From the IMG/VR virus record IMGVR_UViG_2541047766_000005: a stretch of 40,812 nucleotides of DNA; one strand, written 5' to 3'. The position numbers were made by a program, and so were the translations under genes. Shown piece after piece: positions 38,071 through 40,812 of the stretch. Each line of letters begins with the position of its first letter. The stretch's first letter is position 1. The notes under the pieces are model-generated. The model had not been told where the DNA came from. It made no database searches and was given only the letters and a program-made list of their open reading frames with translations. This DNA is from a virus. Taxonomy: Duplodnaviria; Heunggongvirae; Uroviricota; Caudoviricetes.

Positions 38071-39537
38071 TTAATTGCAGTTGAATGTAATGTTTTTATC
38101 GTAAACAAAAATCTTCTTATCTCCGACGTCAATAACCTTTGATGGATTACCAATCTCTTTAATTGTTATATTTCTCATAACCTCGTCATCTGTAATTATG
38201 AAATTTCCTCCGCGCTCATACCAATAGTTTTTTGACAACCATTTATTGCATGCAAGTATATTCAAACCTCGGTTTACATCAATCGGAGCAATTGATATGT
38301 CTCCATCTATACTTGCTGATGAAGCAAACCAGAAAGATGCATACCCGTTTGTGAGGTTATTCTGCCTTACAGTGTGTTTTATCTGATTTATAATATCATT
38401 AGAATTGTCTTTTTTTTCATGCATATAAATAGAACAAAAGAGAATAAATGTTGTAACAACCCCTAATGCGATGAATTTCCACCCTCTGGAGTTGTTAGAT
38501 CTGCCAATAACAACAGGTGCTAGTATAAAAAATGGAACGATATATCTTATAGTCCATTCATCTATTGGACGGTTACTTGCAAGGTATGCTGGTATCATTA
38601 TAATACAAGCTATACATATAGCCATATTGATCATGGAGGTAAAGAATATTTCCTTTACTGACATTGCAACTAATATAAGAAGTAAAATCATTACAACAAA
38701 ACAAAAAACAGAAATAAGCGCTGTAATATCAGAAGGTGGCTTGCCAAAGAAGAAAGCTCCACTGTATAGGAGGAATCCTTTTACGAATAAGTATAAATTA
38801 TTCAGGATATCATCAAATGCAACAAATGTTGGATCTGGAACGCCTGGCAAAATGTACCAGTTATGAGCTCTTGCGTACATGGTCATAATTTTTGATGCAA
38901 CATATGCAAATATAGTTGCAACTAGTATGATCAGATTTTTTTGGCTTTTGGTTTTTACTATAAAAATCACTGATGATATTGCTACTGGTGCAATAATGAG
39001 TAGCTTTATGATGTCATCACTGAAACAAGCTAGAGCTAACACTAAAATATAAAGAGATAGAGAAATTAACGATCTTGTTTTGGAAAAATTGTCTAACATT
39101 ATGAAGCAAAACAACATGGATACATATGTGCCGACATGTATCACAGGTATTAATACGTTTAATACTGCAAACCCAGAAGGCAGCGCAACGCAAAATGAAA
39201 TGGCCCATAACGATGAAAGCCTTTCTTTTGAAAGATAAAATGTCATCAATGTAACCATTGAATACATAATTGCCGGTATGCAGTATGCTTGGTACTGTCC
39301 GTACCAGAATACCTTTGAAGCAAGCCCGTACCATATTATGTCTGTAAAATAGAATGATACTGTAGAGAGATACCATCCACTAAGCGTCCAATTTCCGTCC
39401 GCAATGTCCTTACCCTCAAGAAGTCCAGAAACAGCATCCGAACTTGGCAAAATCTGTTTTGAAATCGAGGCGTAGAAGAAAGTCAGGAATATAAATCCAA
39501 TGATGTATATGGCTGTTTTTTTTATATTTAAAGTCAT
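38071..39537 (-). CDS. Serotype-specific O-antigen glucosyltransferase (GtrC-type polytopic membrane protein)
   Basis: 488-aa multi-pass membrane ORF, very AT-rich, immediately downstream of gtrB in the gtr operon. Confidence 0.75.
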   Translation of the reverse strand: MTLNIKKTAIYIIGFIFLTFFYASISKQILPSSDAVSGLLEGKDIADGNWTLSGWYLSTVSFYFTDIIWYGLASKVFWYGQYQAYCIPAIMYSMVTLMTFYLSKERLSSLWAISFCVALPSGFAVLNVLIPVIHVGTYVSMLFCFIMLDNFSKTRSLISLSLYILVLALACFSDDIIKLLIIAPVAISSVIFIVKTKSQKNLIILVATIFAYVASKIMTMYARAHNWYILPGVPDPTFVAFDDILNNLYLFVKGFLLYSGAFFFGKPPSDITALISVFCFVVMILLLILVAMSVKEIFFTSMINMAICIACIIMIPAYLASNRPIDEWTIRYIVPFFILAPVVIGRSNNSRGWKFIALGVVTTFILFCSIYMHEKKDNSNDIINQIKHTVRQNNLTNGYASFWFASSASIDGDISIAPIDVNRGLNILACNKWLSKNYWYERGGNFIITDDEVMRNITIKEIGNPSKVIDVGDKKIFVYDKNITFNCN

Positions 39538-39538
39538 T

Positions 39539-40453
39539 TTACTTATCCTTTAGAATGTATCTTGGTCGCTGCTTAACTTCAACATAAATTCTTCCTATAT
39601 ACTCTCCAAGAACTCCTATGCCTATTAACTGAACTCCACCAAGAAACAATATTGATACAATGATAGAAGGGTAACCTGGAACACTATTTCCAAACATCAA
39701 TTTATCAGCAATCATCCATGCTCCATAAAGGAATGATAAGGTTGCCACAAACAGGCCTATATAAGTCCACATGCGCAAAGGGAAAGTAGAAAAGCTAGTG
39801 ATCCCTTCCAGCGCCAAGTTCCATAGCTTCCATCCATTGAACTTTGTGCTTCCTGCAACGCGTTCTGCTCGCGCATATTCTACGACATCGGTTCGACCAC
39901 CAACCCAGCTCAGCACACCCTTCATAAACAGGTTTCGTTCTGGCATGAGCTTAATGTTTTCTACTACTTCGCGAGACATGAGCCGGAAGTCGCCAACATT
40001 CTCTTCTATCTGAGGGTTGCTGATTTTGTTATGAAGTTTATAGAACCACTCAGCAGATTTACGCTTCAGCCTGCTGTCAGTGGAGCGGTCAGAGCGTTTA
40101 GCCAGAACCATATCTGCACCGGCCTGCCATTTCTCTATCAAGTGAGGAATAACTTCTATAGGGTCTTGCAGATCAACGTCAATCGGGATAATTGCCTCCC
40201 CGGTAGCATGGTCCAGACCTGCGAACAGGGCAGGTTCTTTGCCGAAGTTACGTGTGAACGACAGCGAAACCACAAGCGGGTCGGCAACAGCAAGCTCGTT
40301 GATAATTGATTCTGTAGCGTCTTTGCTGCCATCGTTTATGAAGACTATCTCGACTTCATGCTGCTGAAGCCCTTCAAATTCGCGCACGGTTTTATAAAAA
40401 ATAGGTATCGTGGCCTCTTCGTTAAAGACCGGAACGACTAAAGAAATTTTCAT
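39539..40453 (-). CDS. gtrB: Bactoprenol glucosyltransferase GtrB (GT2 family)
   Basis: 304-aa ORF with GT2 N-terminal domain (VVPVFNEE...DGSKD) and two C-terminal transmembrane helices. Confidence 0.9.
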   Translation of the reverse strand: MKISLVVPVFNEEATIPIFYKTVREFEGLQQHEVEIVFINDGSKDATESIINELAVADPLVVSLSFTRNFGKEPALFAGLDHATGEAIIPIDVDLQDPIEVIPHLIEKWQAGADMVLAKRSDRSTDSRLKRKSAEWFYKLHNKISNPQIEENVGDFRLMSREVVENIKLMPERNLFMKGVLSWVGGRTDVVEYARAERVAGSTKFNGWKLWNLALEGITSFSTFPLRMWTYIGLFVATLSFLYGAWMIADKLMFGNSVPGYPSIIVSILFLGGVQLIGIGVLGEYIGRIYVEVKQRPRYILKDK

Positions 40454-40812
40454 TTCGCATCCCTAAAGACAATGAACTTTGAATAGACGAAACCGCACAC
40501 CAGGCTGATGGCGGAGAAGGTGACAAGAGTTATCATCGGAGGAAGTGCGCATCTATCAGCAGCCCATCCAACAGTAGCACTCAGTGTTCCCATGAACCCG
40601 ACATATAACATGTAGCGCATCGTTGTAGTTGATGCTTTGAATGTGAATTTTGCATTCGCGAAGAAGCTAAAACTCACAGCCACAACGAAACCTGCGAAGT
40701 TTGCCAGAGCCTGATTGGTATGCGCGGCATAGATACATACACCAAAAACCACCCAGTGTATAAGTGTGTTCAGCACACCAATCGAGGTGTACCTTGCAAA
40801 TATATTTAACAT
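40450..40812 (-). CDS. gtrA: GtrA flippase (bactoprenol-glucose translocase)
   Basis: 120-aa four-helix membrane ORF matching GtrA of serotype-converting phages; start codon at the last three bases of the window. Confidence 0.88.
   Translation of the reverse strand: MLNIFARYTSIGVLNTLIHWVVFGVCIYAAHTNQALANFAGFVVAVSFSFFANAKFTFKASTTTMRYMLYVGFMGTLSATVGWAADRCALPPMITLVTFSAISLVCGFVYSKFIVFRDAK

Larger units (their letters stand above)
1331..40812. mobile_element. Mosaic lambdoid prophage (lambda-type integration and Q module, P22/Sf6-type virion module), left end at attL; right end beyond window
   Basis: attL core and P' arm at 1331-1420 followed by int/xis, immunity, replication, nin, Q, lysis, packaging, head, tail and gtr genes in canonical prophage order; no attR seen before the window ends. 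Confidence 0.9.

Noticed and set aside
1-40812. CRISPR arrays, tRNA, rRNA, insertion sequences
   Set aside because: No regularly spaced direct repeats, no tRNA-like cloverleaf candidates found by eye, and no transposase-like ORFs with terminal inverted repeats; a tRNA scan would be needed to fully exclude tRNAs.

Overview
This window is almost entirely one mosaic lambdoid prophage integrated at the E. coli lambda attachment site. The left end is host ybhC (1-1284), followed by a textbook lambda attL (core GCTTTTTTATACTAA at 1331-1345 plus P' arm) and lambda-type int and xis. Next comes a leftward early operon (Ea22-like, Gp157-like, RecT, cIII-like, Ea10-like, Ral, a fossil lambda N C-terminus, SieB-like on the opposite strand, a P22-type N). 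The immunity region carries a non-lambda CI repressor with three-part operators of consensus AATAC-N5-GTATT, Cro, CII and nutL/nutR. Rightward are an O-like initiator with internal iterons, a DnaB-like helicase, a nin region (NinB/E/X/F, YbcO-like, RusA, NinH), lambda Q with pR'/tR', and a pinholin / SAR-endolysin / Rz / Rz1 lysis cassette. The late region is P22/Sf6-like (headful small and large terminase, portal, scaffold, coat, gp4/gp10/gp26/gp14, ejection proteins gp7/gp20/gp16, tailspike), ending in a gtrABC O-antigen conversion operon; attR lies beyond the window. The best candidate for an undescribed system is an AT-rich, antisense two-gene cassette (21157-22304) between the lysis module and the terminase: a small membrane protein translationally coupled to a 301-aa protein with no motif I can recognise. 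All protein identifications rest on reading the ORF translations and recalling family signatures; no database search was run.
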